Origin: Escherichia coli
Lineage (GTDB): Bacteria > Pseudomonadota > Gammaproteobacteria > Enterobacterales > Enterobacteriaceae
Direction: 5' to 3' (one strand)
DNA length: 64,000 bases
NCBI RefSeq assembly: GCF_003334765.1
Contig: NZ_QOWT01000022.1
Both the position numbers and the translations under genes were made by a program. Below, piece by piece: positions 39,983 to 52,700 of the stretch (position 1 is the first letter of the stretch; the number at the start of each line of letters is the position of its first letter). The notes under the pieces are model-generated. The model was not told the DNA's origin. It saw only the letters and a list, made by a program, of their open reading frames with translations, and made no database searches.

Positions 39983-41218
39983 ATGGAATTTACCACCGGA
40001 TTGATGTCGCTCGACACCGCGCTTAATGAGATGCTTTCTCGCGTCACCCCACTGACCGCCCAGGAAACGCTGCCACTGGTACAGTGTTTTGGTCGTATTC
40101 TGGCGAGCGATGTCGTTTCGCCGCTTGATGTTCCGGGGTTTGATAACTCCGCAATGGACGGCTACGCGGTGCGTTTAGCCGATATTGCCTCCGGGCAACC
40201 GCTGCCCGTTGCCGGTAAATCCTTTGCCGGTCAGCCATACCATGGTGAATGGCCTGCGGGTACCTGCATTCGTATTATGACCGGTGCGCCGGTGCCGGAA
40301 GGCTGCGAAGCGGTGGTGATGCAGGAGCAGACTGAACAAATGGACAATGGCGTGCGTTTTACTGCTGAAGTGCGTAGCGGGCAAAATATTCGCCGTCGCG
40401 GTGAAGATATCTCTGCAGGTGCGGTTGTTTTCCCGGCGGGAACTCGCCTGACTACCGCAGAGCTGCCAGTAATTGCTTCACTGGGGATTGCCGAAGTTCC
40501 GGTGATTCGTAAAGTGCGTGTAGCGCTTTTTTCTACCGGTGATGAACTCCAGTTGCCCGGTCAGCCGCTGGGCGACGGCCAAATCTACGATACCAACCGT
40601 CTCGCCGTACACCTGATGTTAGAACAGTTGGGATGCGAGGTAATTAACTTAGGGATTATCCGCGACGATCCCCATGCCCTGCGCGCCGCATTTATTGAAG
40701 CCGACAGCCAGGCGGATGTGGTGATCAGTTCCGGCGGTGTTTCAGTGGGTGAGGCGGATTACACCAAAACGATTCTTGAAGAGCTGGGGGAGATCGCCTT
40801 CTGGAAGCTGGCGATTAAACCAGGTAAACCGTTCGCGTTCGGTAAACTCAGCAATAGCTGGTTCTGCGGCCTGCCGGGCAACCCGGTTTCAGCGACGCTG
40901 ACCTTCTATCAACTGGTACAGCCTTTGCTGGCAAAACTAAGCGGTAACACCGCCAGCGGCCTGCCCGCGCGCCAGCGCGTACGCACAGCGTCCCGCCTGA
41001 AAAAAACGCCAGGACGTCTTGATTTCCAGCGCGGCGTGCTGCAACGCAACGCCGATGGCGAACTGGAAGTGACGACCACCGGACATCAGGGTTCACATAT
41101 ATTTAGCTCCTTTAGCCTCGGCAACTGCTTTATCGTGCTGGAACGCGATCGCGGCAATGTGGAAGTGGGCGAATGGGTGGAAGTAGAACCGTTTAACGCG
41201 TTGTTCGGAGGCCTGTAA
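39983..41218 (+). CDS. moeA: Molybdopterin molybdenumtransferase MoeA.
   Basis: 411 aa, [24 protein letters not shown]. Confidence 0.92.
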   Translation: MEFTTGLMSLDTALNEMLSRVTPLTAQETLPLVQCFGRILASDVVSPLDVPGFDNSAMDGYAVRLADIASGQPLPVAGKSFAGQPYHGEWPAGTCIRIMTGAPVPEGCEAVVMQEQTEQMDNGVRFTAEVRSGQNIRRRGEDISAGAVVFPAGTRLTTAELPVIASLGIAEVPVIRKVRVALFSTGDELQLPGQPLGDGQIYDTNRLAVHLMLEQLGCEVINLGIIRDDPHALRAAFIEADSQADVVISSGGVSVGEADYTKTILEELGEIAFWKLAIKPGKPFAFGKLSNSWFCGLPGNPVSATLTFYQLVQPLLAKLSGNTASGLPARQRVRTASRLKKTPGRLDFQRGVLQRNADGELEVTTTGHQGSHIFSSFSLGNCFIVLERDRGNVEVGEWVEVEPFNALFGGL

Positions 41219-41967
41219 TGGCGGAACTCAGCGATCAGGAGATGCTGCGCTACAACCGGCAAATCATTCTGCGCGGCTTTGATTTTGACGGCCAGGAGGC
41301 GCTGAAAGATTCTCGCGTGCTGATAGTGGGCCTGGGCGGCCTCGGCTGTGCAGCCTCGCAGTATCTGGCAAGCGCCGGTGTCGGTAACCTGACGCTGCTC
41401 GACTTCGACACGGTTTCGCTCTCGAATCTGCAACGCCAGACACTGCACAGTGATGCCACGGTCGGGCAACCGAAGGTGGAATCCGCCCGTGACGCCCTGA
41501 CGCGGATCAACCCACATATCGCGATTACGCCAGTCAATGCACTGCTGGATGACGCAGAACTTGCAGCATTGATTGCTGAACACGATCTGGTGCTCGACTG
41601 TACGGATAACGTTGCGGTACGTAATCAACTGAACGCAGGCTGTTTTGCCGCGAAGGTACCGCTGGTTTCCGGCGCGGCAATTCGTATGGAAGGTCAAATC
41701 ACCGTCTTTACTTATCAGGACGGTGAACCGTGCTATCGCTGCCTTAGCCGTTTGTTTGGTGAAAATGCATTAACCTGCGTGGAAGCAGGCGTAATGGCAC
41801 CGTTGATCGGCGTAATTGGTTCGTTGCAGGCAATGGAAGCGATCAAAATGCTGGCAGGTTATGGCAAACCGGCCAGCGGGAAAATCGTCATGTACGATGC
41901 GATGACCTGTCAGTTTCGCGAAATGAAACTGATGCGTAATCCGGGGTGTGAGGTGTGTGGGCAGTAA
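41218..41967 (+). CDS. moeB: Molybdopterin-synthase adenylyltransferase MoeB.
   Basis: 249 aa with the ThiF-family motif GLGGLG. Its start overlaps the moeA stop. Confidence 0.92.
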   Translation: MAELSDQEMLRYNRQIILRGFDFDGQEALKDSRVLIVGLGGLGCAASQYLASAGVGNLTLLDFDTVSLSNLQRQTLHSDATVGQPKVESARDALTRINPHIAITPVNALLDDAELAALIAEHDLVLDCTDNVAVRNQLNAGCFAAKVPLVSGAAIRMEGQITVFTYQDGEPCYRCLSRLFGENALTCVEAGVMAPLIGVIGSLQAMEAIKMLAGYGKPASGKIVMYDAMTCQFREMKLMRNPGCEVCGQ

Positions 41968-42042
41968 TTGCCACCTCCAGGCCTGATAAGACGCGGCACT
42001 CCGCCACGTCATCAGCAATTTATGAGGATGCAGAACGTCCGG

Positions 42043-42705
42043 TTAAATCGACGTTCTGCCAAACGCTCCCTGCCAGTCCTGCTCAAACTTCGCCACAGCG
42101 GCATCAACCGCCGGATAGCTAATCATCTGTTGTGCCACATCCAGTGGCAGAGTAATTGATTCACATCCTGCCAGTAAGCAGTCCAGCGCCTGACGCGGGG
42201 TTTTGAAACTCGCTGCCAGCACTTTCGCCTGCGGCGCATGCATTTTCAATAACTGGTGTAAGTCGGTCACAGTCTGAATGCCGCTACCGCCCTGAGCATC
42301 AATACGATTAACGTAAGGCGCAACATATTCCGCACCTGCCAGCGCCGACAGCAGCCCTTGTGCTGCGCCATATACCGCGGTTCCCAGCGTCGGAATCCCT
42401 TCCGCTTTTAACATCTTAATAGCTGCCAGCCCCTCGGCGGTCACCGGAACTTTCACCACGATATCCGCAATAATAGAACGCAGCTTAAGCGCGTCATTAA
42501 CCATCCCTTCGGCAGTGGTAGCCATTACCTGGGCAAACAGACGCCCCTGACCGCCCATCGCTTCATGAAGTTGCGGAAGCACAACATCCAGCGGTTTTTT
42601 ACCCGCGGCGATAATGCTTGGGTTAGTGGTCACACCCGCCAGCGGAAAAATACGTGACAGCGCCTTCACCGCAACAACGTCTGAAGTATCCAGATACAGT
42701 TCCAT
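42043..42705 (-). CDS. fsaA: Fructose-6-phosphate aldolase 1 (FsaA).
   Basis: 220 aa from [32 protein letters not shown]. Confidence 0.9.
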   Translation of the reverse strand: MELYLDTSDVVAVKALSRIFPLAGVTTNPSIIAAGKKPLDVVLPQLHEAMGGQGRLFAQVMATTAEGMVNDALKLRSIIADIVVKVPVTAEGLAAIKMLKAEGIPTLGTAVYGAAQGLLSALAGAEYVAPYVNRIDAQGGSGIQTVTDLHQLLKMHAPQAKVLAASFKTPRQALDCLLAGCESITLPLDVAQQMISYPAVDAAVAKFEQDWQGAFGRTSI

Positions 42706-42835
42706 AACCATCCTCAAAATGTACTTTTTGTCTGAATGTAGACTATCACGGGAAAACTCTCTGAACAGTTGACGCACATCAATCTAACTTTCATTCGAAA
42801 GTATTTTAATGCTTGAACGAAATAGAGAGGCAACT

Positions 42836-43735
42836 ATGATTTTCAATATTCAGCGCTACTCGACCCATGATGGCCCCGGTATCCGCACGGTCGTATTTCT
42901 TAAAGGCTGTTCGCTGGGCTGCCGCTGGTGTCAGAACCCGGAAAGCCGCGCCCGCACGCAGGATCTGCTGTATGACGCACGACTGTGTCTGGAAGGCTGC
43001 GAGCTGTGCGCTAAGGCCGCGCCGGAAGTGATTGAGCGCGCGCTGAATGGTTTGCTTATTCATCGGGAAAAGTTAACCCCGGAGCATCTGACGGCGTTAA
43101 CCGACTGCTGTCCGACACAGGCATTAACCGTGTGTGGTGAAGTGAAAAGCGTTGAGGAGATCATGACGACCGTTCTGCGCGATAAACCGTTTTACGATCG
43201 CAGCGGCGGCGGTTTAACGCTTTCGGGTGGTGAGCCCTTTATGCAGCCGGAAATGGCGATGGCGCTACTGCAAGCCAGCCACGAGGCAGGCATTCATACT
43301 GCGGTAGAAACCTGTCTGCATGTGCCGTGGAAATATATCGCCCCTTCTCTGCCCTATATCGATCTGTTTCTTGCCGATTTAAAACACGTTGCCGACGCGC
43401 CGTTTAAACAGTGGACCGACGGTAACGCCGCCAGAGTGCTGGATAACCTGAAAAAACTCGCCGCAGCGGGCAAAAAAATCATTATCCGCGTGCCGCTGAT
43501 TCAGGGCTTTAATGCCGACGAAACCTCTGTAAAAGCCATTACCGATTTTGCCGCCGACGAGCTGCACGTTGGCGAAATTCATTTTCTGCCCTACCACACG
43601 CTGGGCATCAACAAATATCACTTACTTAATCTGCCCTATGACGCCCCGGAAAAACCGCTTGATGCGCCAGAACTGCTCGACTTTGCCCAGCAGTATGCCT
43701 GCCAGAAAGGGTTAACCGCGACCTTACGAGGATAA
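42836..43735 (+). CDS. ybiY: Glycyl-radical enzyme activase YbiY (radical SAM).
   Basis: [36 protein letters not shown], 299 aa. Confidence 0.88.
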
Positions 43736-43740
43736 CAACC

Positions 43741-46173
43741 ATGACCACACTGAAACTGGACACGCTCAGCGACCGCATTAAAGCGCACAAAAATGCGCTG
43801 GTGCATATTGTGAAACCGCCAGTCTGTACCGAGCGCGCGCAGCACTATACCGAGATGTATCAACAACATCTCGATAAGCCGATCCCGGTACGTCGCGCGC
43901 TGGCACTGGCGCATCACCTGGCGAATCGCACCATCTGGATCAAACACGATGAGTTGATCATTGGCAACCAGGCAAGCGAAGTTCGCGCCGCGCCGATCTT
44001 CCCGGAATATACTGTCTCGTGGATCGAAAAAGAGATTGATGATCTGGCAGATCGTCCCGGTGCTGGCTTTGCGGTGAGCGAAGAGAACAAACGCGTTCTG
44101 CATGAAGTGTGCCCGTGGTGGCGCGGTCAGACCGTACAGGATCGCTGCTACGGCATGTTTACCGATGAGCAAAAAGGTCTGCTGGCGACCGGAATCATTA
44201 AAGCGGAAGGCAATATGACCTCCGGCGATGCGCACCTGGCGGTGAATTTCCCGCTGCTGCTGGAAAAAGGGCTTGATGGTCTGCGCGAGAAAGTAGCGGA
44301 ACGTCGCTCGCGCATCAACCTGACGGTGCTGGAAGATTTACACGGTGAGCAATTCCTGAAAGCGATTGATATCGTGCTGGTGGCAGTCAGTGAACACATT
44401 GAACGTTTCGCTGCCCTGGCGCGTGAAATGGCCGCGACCGAAACCCGCGAAAGCCGTCGCGATGAACTGCTGGCGATGGCAGAAAACTGCGATCTTATCG
44501 CCCACCAGCCGCCGCAGACTTTCTGGCAGGCGCTGCAACTGTGTTACTTCATCCAGTTGATTTTGCAGATCGAATCTAACGGTCACTCAGTATCGTTTGG
44601 TCGTATGGACCAGTATCTCTACCCGTACTATCGCCGCGACGTTGAACTCAACCAGACGCTGGATCGCGAACACGCCATCGAGATGCTGCATAGCTGCTGG
44701 CTGAAACTGCTGGAAGTGAACAAGATCCGCTCCGGCTCACACTCAAAAGCCTCTGCGGGAAGTCCGCTGTATCAGAACGTCACTATTGGCGGGCAAAATC
44801 TGGTTGATGGTCAACCAATGGACGCGGTGAATCCACTCTCTTACGCGATCCTCGAATCCTGCGGTCGCCTGCGTTCCACTCAGCCTAACCTCAGCGTGCG
44901 TTACCATGCAGGAATGAGCAACGATTTCCTCGACGCCTGCGTACAGGTGATCCGTTGCGGCTTCGGGATGCCGGCGTTCAACAACGACGAAATCGTGATC
45001 CCGGAATTTATTAAACTCGGTATTGAACCGCAGGACGCTTATGACTACGCAGCGATTGGTTGTATAGAAACCGCCGTCGGTGGCAAATGGGGCTATCGCT
45101 GTACCGGCATGAGCTTTATCAACTTCGCCCGCGTGATGCTGGCGGCGCTGGAAGGCGGGCATGATGCCACCAGCGGCAAAGTGTTCCTGCCACAAGAAAA
45201 AGCGTTGTCGGCAGGTAACTTCAACAACTTCGATGAAGTGATGGACGCGTGGGATACGCAAATCCGTTACTACACCCGCAAATCAATCGAAATCGAATAT
45301 GTCGTCGACACCATGCTGGAAGAGAACGTGCACGATATTCTCTGCTCGGCGCTGGTGGATGACTGTATTGAGCGAGCGAAAAGTATCAAGCAAGGCGGCG
45401 CGAAATATGACTGGGTTTCTGGCCTGCAGGTCGGCATTGCCAACCTCGGCAACAGCCTGGCGGCAGTGAAGAAACTGGTGTTTGAACAAGGTGCGATTGG
45501 TCAGCAACAGCTTGCTGCCGCACTGGCAGATGACTTCGACGGCCTGACTCACGAGCAGCTGCGTCAGCGGCTGATTAACGGTGCGCCGAAGTACGGCAAC
45601 GACGATGATACTGTCGATACGCTGCTGGCTCGCGCTTATCAGACCTATATCGACGAACTGAAACAGTACCATAATCCGCGCTACGGTCGTGGTCCGGTTG
45701 GCGGCAACTATTACGCGGGTACGTCATCAATCTCCGCTAACGTACCGTTTGGCGCGCAGACTATGGCAACACCGGACGGGCGTAAAGCCCACACCCCGCT
45801 GGCAGAAGGCGCAAGCCCGGCCTCCGGTACTGACCATCTTGGCCCTACTGCGGTCATTGGCTCAGTGGGTAAACTGCCTACGGCAGCGATTCTCGGCGGC
45901 GTGTTGCTCAACCAGAAACTGAATCCGGCAACGCTGGAGAACGAATCTGACAAGCAGAAACTGATGATCCTGCTGCGTACCTTCTTTGAAGTGCATAAAG
46001 GCTGGCATATTCAGTACAACATCGTTTCCCGCGAAACGCTGCTGGATGCGAAAAAACATCCCGATCAGTATCGCGATCTGGTAGTGCGTGTCGCGGGCTA
46101 TTCCGCGTTCTTCACCGCGCTCTCTCCAGACGCTCAGGACGATATCATCGCCCGTACTGAACATATGCTGTAA
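43741..46173 (+). CDS. ybiW: Glycyl-radical enzyme (pyruvate formate-lyase-like) YbiW.
   Basis: 810 aa with the C-terminal glycyl radical motif VRVAGYSAFF. Confidence 0.92.
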   Translation: MTTLKLDTLSDRIKAHKNALVHIVKPPVCTERAQHYTEMYQQHLDKPIPVRRALALAHHLANRTIWIKHDELIIGNQASEVRAAPIFPEYTVSWIEKEIDDLADRPGAGFAVSEENKRVLHEVCPWWRGQTVQDRCYGMFTDEQKGLLATGIIKAEGNMTSGDAHLAVNFPLLLEKGLDGLREKVAERRSRINLTVLEDLHGEQFLKAIDIVLVAVSEHIERFAALAREMAATETRESRRDELLAMAENCDLIAHQPPQTFWQALQLCYFIQLILQIESNGHSVSFGRMDQYLYPYYRRDVELNQTLDREHAIEMLHSCWLKLLEVNKIRSGSHSKASAGSPLYQNVTIGGQNLVDGQPMDAVNPLSYAILESCGRLRSTQPNLSVRYHAGMSNDFLDACVQVIRCGFGMPAFNNDEIVIPEFIKLGIEPQDAYDYAAIGCIETAVGGKWGYRCTGMSFINFARVMLAALEGGHDATSGKVFLPQEKALSAGNFNNFDEVMDAWDTQIRYYTRKSIEIEYVVDTMLEENVHDILCSALVDDCIERAKSIKQGGAKYDWVSGLQVGIANLGNSLAAVKKLVFEQGAIGQQQLAAALADDFDGLTHEQLRQRLINGAPKYGNDDDTVDTLLARAYQTYIDELKQYHNPRYGRGPVGGNYYAGTSSISANVPFGAQTMATPDGRKAHTPLAEGASPASGTDHLGPTAVIGSVGKLPTAAILGGVLLNQKLNPATLENESDKQKLMILLRTFFEVHKGWHIQYNIVSRETLLDAKKHPDQYRDLVVRVAGYSAFFTALSPDAQDDIIARTEHML

Positions 46174-46318
46174 TCTCCTCGGCCCGGCGGCGTCGTCGCC
46201 GGGCTAAATCATTCACATCATCAATTTCATCCTTACTTTCATTCGAAATATAATTTGTGCTCTGCGTCACATTGTTATTACACTGTTACGGTTTCATTTT
46301 CGAGCCAGGAGCACACCT

Positions 46319-47134
46319 ATGAGCGTAAAAGTTATCGTCACAGACATGGACGGTACTTTTCTTAACGACGCCAAAACGTACAACCAACCACGTTTTATGG
46401 CGCAATATCAGGAACTGAAAAAGCGCGGCATTAAGTTCGTTGTTGCCAGCGGTAATCAGTATTACCAGCTTATTTCATTCTTTCCTGAGCTAAAGGATGA
46501 GATCTCTTTTGTCGCGGAAAACGGCGCACTGGTTTACGAACATGGCAAGCAGTTGTTCCACGGCGAACTGACCCGACATGAATCGCGGATTGTTATTGGC
46601 GAGTTGCTAAAAGATAAGCAACTCAATTTTGTCGCCTGCGGTCTGCAAAGTGCATATGTCAGCGAAAATGCCCCCGAAGCATTTGTCGCACTGATGGCAA
46701 AACACTACCATCGCCTGAAACCTGTAAAAGATTATCAGGAGATTGACGACGTACTGTTCAAGTTTTCGCTCAACCTGCCGGATGAACAAATCCCGTTAGT
46801 GATCGACAAACTGCACGTAGCGCTCGATGGCATTATGAAACCCGTTACCAGTGGTTTTGGCTTTATCGACCTGATTATTCCCGGTCTACATAAAGCAAAC
46901 GGTATTTCGCGGTTACTGAAACGCTGGGATCTGTCACCGCAAAATGTGGTAGCGATTGGCGACAGCGGTAACGATGCGGAGATGCTGAAAATGGCGCGTT
47001 ATTCCTTTGCGATGGGCAATGCTGCGGAAAACATTAAACAAATCGCCCGTTACGCTACCGATGATAATAATCATGAAGGCGCGCTGAATGTGATTCAGGC
47101 GGTGCTGGATAACACATCCCCTTTTAACAGCTGA
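46319..47134 (+). CDS. ybiV: HAD-family sugar phosphatase YbiV.
   Basis: 271 aa, [15 protein letters not shown]. It is a paralogue of ybjI. Confidence 0.9.
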
Positions 47135-47285
47135 CCTCTCTACCGGAGCCGTGCGCTCCGGTTTTCCCTTCTTTTTACATCCTGTACATCACATCAAATC
47201 ATTAAACTTGCATTAACTTATTTATAACTTATATTGTCACATGCAAATCAGAATGGTTTCGAATGAAAGTTAATGAGAGGTGGTT

Positions 47286-48551
47286 ATGGCTTCTACTTTT
47301 ACCAGCGACACATTGCCTGCCGATCACAAAGCAGCTATCCGTCAGATGAAGCACGCGCTGCGGGCGCAGCTTGGCGACGTCCAGCAGATCTTTAATCAGC
47401 TAAGCGATGACATTGCCACGCGAGTGGCTGAAATCAACGCACTCAAAGCACAGGGCGATGCCGTCTGGCCGGTGCTGTCTTATGCCGATATCAAAGCAGG
47501 TCATGTTACTGCAGAGCAGCGCGAACAGATTAAACGTCGCGGTTGTGCGGTGATAAAAGGCCATTTCCCCCGCGAACAAGCGCTAGGCTGGGATCAGTCG
47601 ATGCTGGACTATCTGGACCGCAACCGCTTTGACGAGGTCTACAAAGGCCCCGGCGATAATTTCTTCGGGACGCTCAGCGCTTCACGTCCCGAGATTTACC
47701 CCATCTACTGGTCGCAGGCGCAAATGCAGGCCCGCCAGAGTGAAGAAATGGCGAATGCGCAGTCGTTTCTCAATCGTCTGTGGACATTTGAAAGTGATGG
47801 AAAGCAATGGTTTAACCCGGATGTGAGCGTCATCTACCCTGACCGTATCCGCCGCCGTCCGCCCGGAACGACCTCCAAAGGTCTTGGAGCGCATACCGAC
47901 TCCGGGGCACTGGAACGCTGGCTGCTTCCAGCGTATCAGCGCGTTTTCGCCAACGTCTTTAATGGCAATCTGGCGCAATATGATCCCTGGCATGCGGCAC
48001 ATCGTACGGAAGTTGAAGAGTACACGGTGGACAACACCACCAAATGTTCCGTGTTTCGGACATTCCAGGGCTGGACAGCGCTCTCTGATATGCTGCCTGG
48101 TCAGGGGCTGCTGCACGTCGTGCCCATTCCTGAAGCTATGGCGTACGTACTGTTACGTCCGCTGCTTGATGATGTGCCGGAGGATGAACTGTGCGGCGTA
48201 GCGCCCGGAAGAGTATTGCCGGTATCAGAGCAATGGCATCCACTGTTGATTGAGGCGTTAACCAGCATTCCAAAACTCGAAGCCGGAGACTCCGTCTGGT
48301 GGCACTGCGACGTCATCCATTCCGTTGCCCCCGTTGAAAATCAACAAGGTTGGGGCAACGTGATGTACATTCCTGCGGCACCGATGTGCGAGAAAAATCT
48401 TGCCTACGCGCACAAGGTGAAGGCCGCACTGGAAAAAGGCGCATCGCCGGGCGACTTCCCGCGCGAGGACTATGAAACAAACTGGGAAGGACGCTTTACG
48501 CTTGCCGACCTCAACATTCACGGTAAGCGAGCGTTGGGCATGGATGTTTGA
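47286..48551 (+). CDS. ybiU: DUF1479-family protein YbiU.
   Basis: 421 aa from MASTFTSDTLPADHKAAIRQMKHAL, in K-12 synteny. Confidence 0.85.
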   Translation: MASTFTSDTLPADHKAAIRQMKHALRAQLGDVQQIFNQLSDDIATRVAEINALKAQGDAVWPVLSYADIKAGHVTAEQREQIKRRGCAVIKGHFPREQALGWDQSMLDYLDRNRFDEVYKGPGDNFFGTLSASRPEIYPIYWSQAQMQARQSEEMANAQSFLNRLWTFESDGKQWFNPDVSVIYPDRIRRRPPGTTSKGLGAHTDSGALERWLLPAYQRVFANVFNGNLAQYDPWHAAHRTEVEEYTVDNTTKCSVFRTFQGWTALSDMLPGQGLLHVVPIPEAMAYVLLRPLLDDVPEDELCGVAPGRVLPVSEQWHPLLIEALTSIPKLEAGDSVWWHCDVIHSVAPVENQQGWGNVMYIPAAPMCEKNLAYAHKVKAALEKGASPGDFPREDYETNWEGRFTLADLNIHGKRALGMDV

Positions 48552-48634
48552 GAATTAATGGAAGTGAATTGATGTGGGATTAAGAAAATCGATTCGACGT
48601 TACTCAGATTGCTGACAAATGCGCTTTGTTAATG

Positions 48635-48732
48635 CCTGATGCGGCGTTAACGCCTTATCCGGCCTACAAAGTCCTGCAGATTCAATATATTGCAGGTACT
48701 GCGTAGGCCTGATAAGCGTAGCGCATCAGGCT
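48635..48732. repeat. REP/BIME element (two inverted REP units).
   Basis: GCCTGATGCGGCGTTAACGCCTTATCCGGCCTAC ... GTAGGCCTGATAAGCGTAGCGCATCAGGC. Confidence 0.85.
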
Positions 48733-48791
48733 ATTTTGCATTTGTCATCAGCCGCCGTCACCCCGACAGTATCGGGGTGACGGATAATCAC

Positions 48792-50384
48792 TTACTCGAT
48801 CCCTTTACTACGCAGGTAATCTTCGTAATTACCGCTAAAGTCGATCACGCGTTCCGGGGTGATTTCCAGAATGCGGGTCGCCAGGGAGCTTACGAACTCA
48901 CGGTCGTGTGAAACAAAGATCAGCGTGCCCTGATACAGTTCCAGTGCCATGTTCAGCGACTCAATGGATTCCATATCCAGGTGGTTGGTCGGTTCGTCCA
49001 TGATCAGAATGTTCGGCTTCTGCATCATTAACTTACCAAACAGCATCCGCCCTTTTTCCCCACCGGAAAGCACTTTAGCTGGCTTTTTGATGTCGTCCTG
49101 GCTGAACAGCAAACGACCGAGAATACTGCGTACCGCCTGCTCGTCATCGCCTTCCTGCTTCCACTGGCTCATCCATTCGAACACGGTCAGATCATTTTCA
49201 AACTCATATTCGTGGTCCTGAGCATAGTAACCAATGCGCGCGTTCTCAGACCATTTTACGGTGCCGCTGTCCGGTTGCAGATCGCCCACCAGCGTTTTCA
49301 GCAGCGTTGATTTACCGACGCCGTTGGTACCCAGTACCGCCAGTTTTTCACCCACTTCCAGCAGCAGGTTGAGATTTTTAAACAGCGGACCGTTATCAAA
49401 CCCTTTGGTCAGACCTTCCACTTCCAGCGCGTTACGGAACAGTTTCTTATCCTGTTCAAAACGGATGAACGGGTTCTGACGGCTGGAGGCTTTCACCTCT
49501 TCCAGTTTGATTTTATCAATCTGGCGCGCGCGCGAAGTTGCCTGGCGAGATTTCGAGGCGTTGGCGCTAAAGCGGCTAACGAAAGATTGCAACTCAGCAA
49601 TCTGCGCTTTCTTCTTGGCGTTATCGGCCAGCAGACGTTCACGCGCCTGGGTCGCCGCCGTCATGTACTCATCGTAGTTACCCGGATAAACGCGCAGCTC
49701 GCCGTAATCCAGATCCGCCATGTGGGTACAGACCATGTTAAGGAAGTGACGGTCGTGCGAGATGATGATCATGGTGCTGTCACGCTCGTTCAGCACCTGT
49801 TCCAGCCAGCGAATGGTGTCGATGTCGAGGTTGTTGGTCGGTTCGTCGAGCAGGAGAATATCCGGATCAGCAAACAGCGCCTGCGCCAGAAGCACACGCA
49901 GCTTCCAGCCAGGAGCAACTTCACTCATCGGGCCGTAGTGCTGTTCCACTGGAATTCCCACGCCAAGCAACAGTTCACCGGCGCGAGCTTCCGCAGAGTA
50001 ACCGTCCATTTCGCCGTATTTAACTTCCAGATCGGCCACTTTATAGCCGTCTTCTTCACTCATTTCCGGCAAAGCATAGATGCGGTCGCGCTCCTGCTTC
50101 ACTTCCCACAACTCTTTATGCCCCATGATCACCGTATCCAGCACAGTGAACTCTTCAAAGGCAAACTGATCCTGACGCAGTTTACCAATGCGCTCGTTGG
50201 GATCGAGGGAAACGTTACCCAGCGTCGGCTCAAGGTCGCCGCCGAGGATCTTCATAAAGGTGGATTTACCACTACCGTTCGCGCCAATCAGGCCGTAACG
50301 GTTGCCGCCGCCAAATTTGACGGAAATGTTTTCAAACAACGGCTTACTGCCGAACTGCATGGTGACGTTACTGGAAACTAACAC
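48792..50384 (-). CDS. ybiT: ABC-F family ATPase YbiT.
   Basis: 530 aa with two ABC cassettes (GANGSGKST and GTNGVGKST). Confidence 0.92.
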
Positions 50385-50602
50385 AGGCGTATCCTGAAAA
50401 GAGATATGACAAACCGCGCATTATGCCATAAGTCTGAAAGAAGATCCTGCTCCTCGCTTAAGGTCTACACTCAAGCCAAAGGCAAAAAATGTGATTTCGT
50501 ACACATCTGATTTCACTGTGAGCTGGAATGAACTTATAATGCGCTTCCAATACTCTAATATTCTCAACCCAATGGCCTGCCAGGCACAAAATCTCGCTTA
50601 AC

Positions 50603-51523
50603 ATGAATATGAAATTGAAAACATTATTCGCAGCGGCCTTCGCTGTTGTCGGCTTTTGCAGTACCGCCTCTGCGGTAACTTATCCTCTGCCAACCGACGG
50701 GAGTCGCCTGGTTGGTCAGAATCAGGTGATCACCATTCCTGAAGGTAACACTCAGCCGCTGGAGTATTTTGCCGCCGAGTACCAGATGGGGCTTTCCAAT
50801 ATGATGGAAGCGAACCCGGGTGTGGATACCTTCCTGCCGAAAGGCGGTACTGTACTGAACATTCCGCAGCAGCTGATCCTGCCGGATACCGTTCATGAAG
50901 GCATCGTCATTAACAGTGCTGAGATGCGTCTTTATTACTATCCGAAAGGGACCAACACCGTTATCGTGCTGCCGATCGGCATTGGTCAGTTAGGCAAAGA
51001 TACGCCTATCAACTGGACCACCAAAGTTGAGCGTAAAAAAGCAGGCCCGACCTGGACGCCGACCGCCAAAATGCACGCAGAGTACCGCGCTGCGGGCGAA
51101 CCGCTTCCGGCTGTCGTTCCGGCAGGTCCGGATAACCCGATGGGGCTGTATGCACTCTATATCGGTCGCCTGTATGCTATCCATGGCACCAACGCCAACT
51201 TCGGTATCGGCCTGCGTGTAAGTCATGGTTGTGTGCGTCTGCGTAACGAAGACATCAAATTCCTGTTCGAGAAAGTACCGGTCGGTACCCGCGTACAGTT
51301 TATTGATGAGCCGGTAAAAGCGACCACCGAGCCAGACGGCAGCCGTTATATTGAAGTCCATAACCCGCTGTCTACCACCGAAGCCCAGTTTGAAGGTCAG
51401 GAAATTGTGCCAATTACCCTGACGAAGAGCGTGCAGACAGTGACCGGTCAGCCAGATGTTGACCAGGTTGTTCTTGATGAAGCGATTAAAAACCGCTCCG
51501 GGATGCCGGTTCGTCTGAATTAA
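50603..51523 (+). CDS. ldtB: L,D-transpeptidase LdtB (YbiS).
   Basis: 306 aa with a signal peptide and the YkuD active site SHGCVRL. Confidence 0.92.
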
Positions 51524-51540
51524 TCTTCAAAACTTAAAGC

Positions 51541-51570
51541 AAAAGGCGGACTCATAATCCGCCTTTTTTA
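51541..51570. terminator. Bidirectional rho-independent terminator between ldtB and ybiR.
   Basis: AAAAGGCGGA-ctcataa-TCCGCCTTTTTTATT. Confidence 0.8.
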
Positions 51571-51581
51571 TTTGCCAGACC

Positions 51582-52700
51582 CTAGTTGGCCGGGAGTATA
51601 ACTAACAAAACATATCCCACCAACGCCGCCCACAACAGCATCGGTATTGAATAGAGATGGAAACGCCACCAGATGCGGCGATCGTTCGCCATACGTAGCG
51701 CAATCAAATTTGCCAGCGATCCGGGTAATAACCCAAAGCCACCTACGTTTACCGCCCATACCAGTAATAAAGACGGCGGCACATAGTTCAGCAACAATAT
51801 GGTACTCGGCACGTTACTGATCACCTGCGATAAACCGATTGCCGTTAACCATAACCCGGGTTCAGATAGATGACTCACGTTACCCAACACGCCTTGCAAC
51901 GCTGGAAGCTGGGTCAGTAAATGGACGTCGATAAACATCGCCATAAACACCAGCAGCAGCGTCCAGTCCACACTGAGCACCACGCGACGTGCCAGCAGCG
52001 CAAAGCCTGCCGCCACAATCACCAGTCCCCACAGCTCTTGTTTGAACTCCAGCGCCGTCAGAAAGACGATATACAGCCCCAGACAACTCCACACCAGCCG
52101 CGGTTTCCACTCCGGTGTTTGCACCCCCGTATGGTATTGCATCGCCTTTCCAGGGAAACAACACCAGCACAGGAGCAGGAGCGTCAGCATCATTGCGCCA
52201 GCCAGCGGTGCCATTTGGGCAATAAATCCGGCAAACGAAAGACCAGAACGTCCCCAGATAAGAATATTTTGCGGGTTGCCAATTGGCGTCAGTAGCGAAC
52301 CAGCGTTGACTGCCAGCGCCTCAAAAATAATCAGCCGATTAACCGGGATCTCACACAGTCTTTTTAGCGTGATAGTCAGCGGAACAACAATAAACAGCGC
52401 GACATCGTTGGTCAGAAAGGTAGAAAGCAGCGCCGCCGCCAGCACCATAAACATCGCCAGCCGACGCTCCGTAGCAAAGCGGCGCACCATTTTGCGCCCC
52501 AGCACATCAAAATAACCGCTTAACTCCACACCTTTGGTCAGCAGCATCAGGCCGCTTAAGGTGATGATGGTGTGCCAGTCGATAGCAGCAGGCCAGGATT
52601 TCGGTGCAAAGGGCACGAAAAAGCTTAATCCGATACCAACAAGAATTAATAACTGAAAAAAACGATCGCCTTGCAGCGTGCGTAAAAAAGGCAGGCTCAT
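51582..52700 (-). CDS. ybiR: Inner-membrane anion transporter-family protein YbiR.
   Basis: 372 aa, polytopic, with a start overlapping the mntR stop. Confidence 0.88.

Noticed and set aside
48590-48790. Repeated palindromic units considered as a possible CRISPR array or mobile-element ends. The same applies to 60610-60720.
   Set aside because: The sequences are classic REP/BIME units (GCCTGATGCG...CATCAGGC-type) in intergenic regions. They have no regular repeat-spacer periodicity and no adjacent transposase or cas genes.
49587-50381. 264-aa plus-strand ORF. Similar long antisense ORFs occur at 41086-41697, 43636-44235, 44743-45261, 57460-57945, 58679-59179 and 61677-62357.
   Set aside because: They are antisense shadows of strongly supported core genes (ybiT, moeB, ybiW, dps, glnH, ybiO) in GC-normal DNA. 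There is no independent support.
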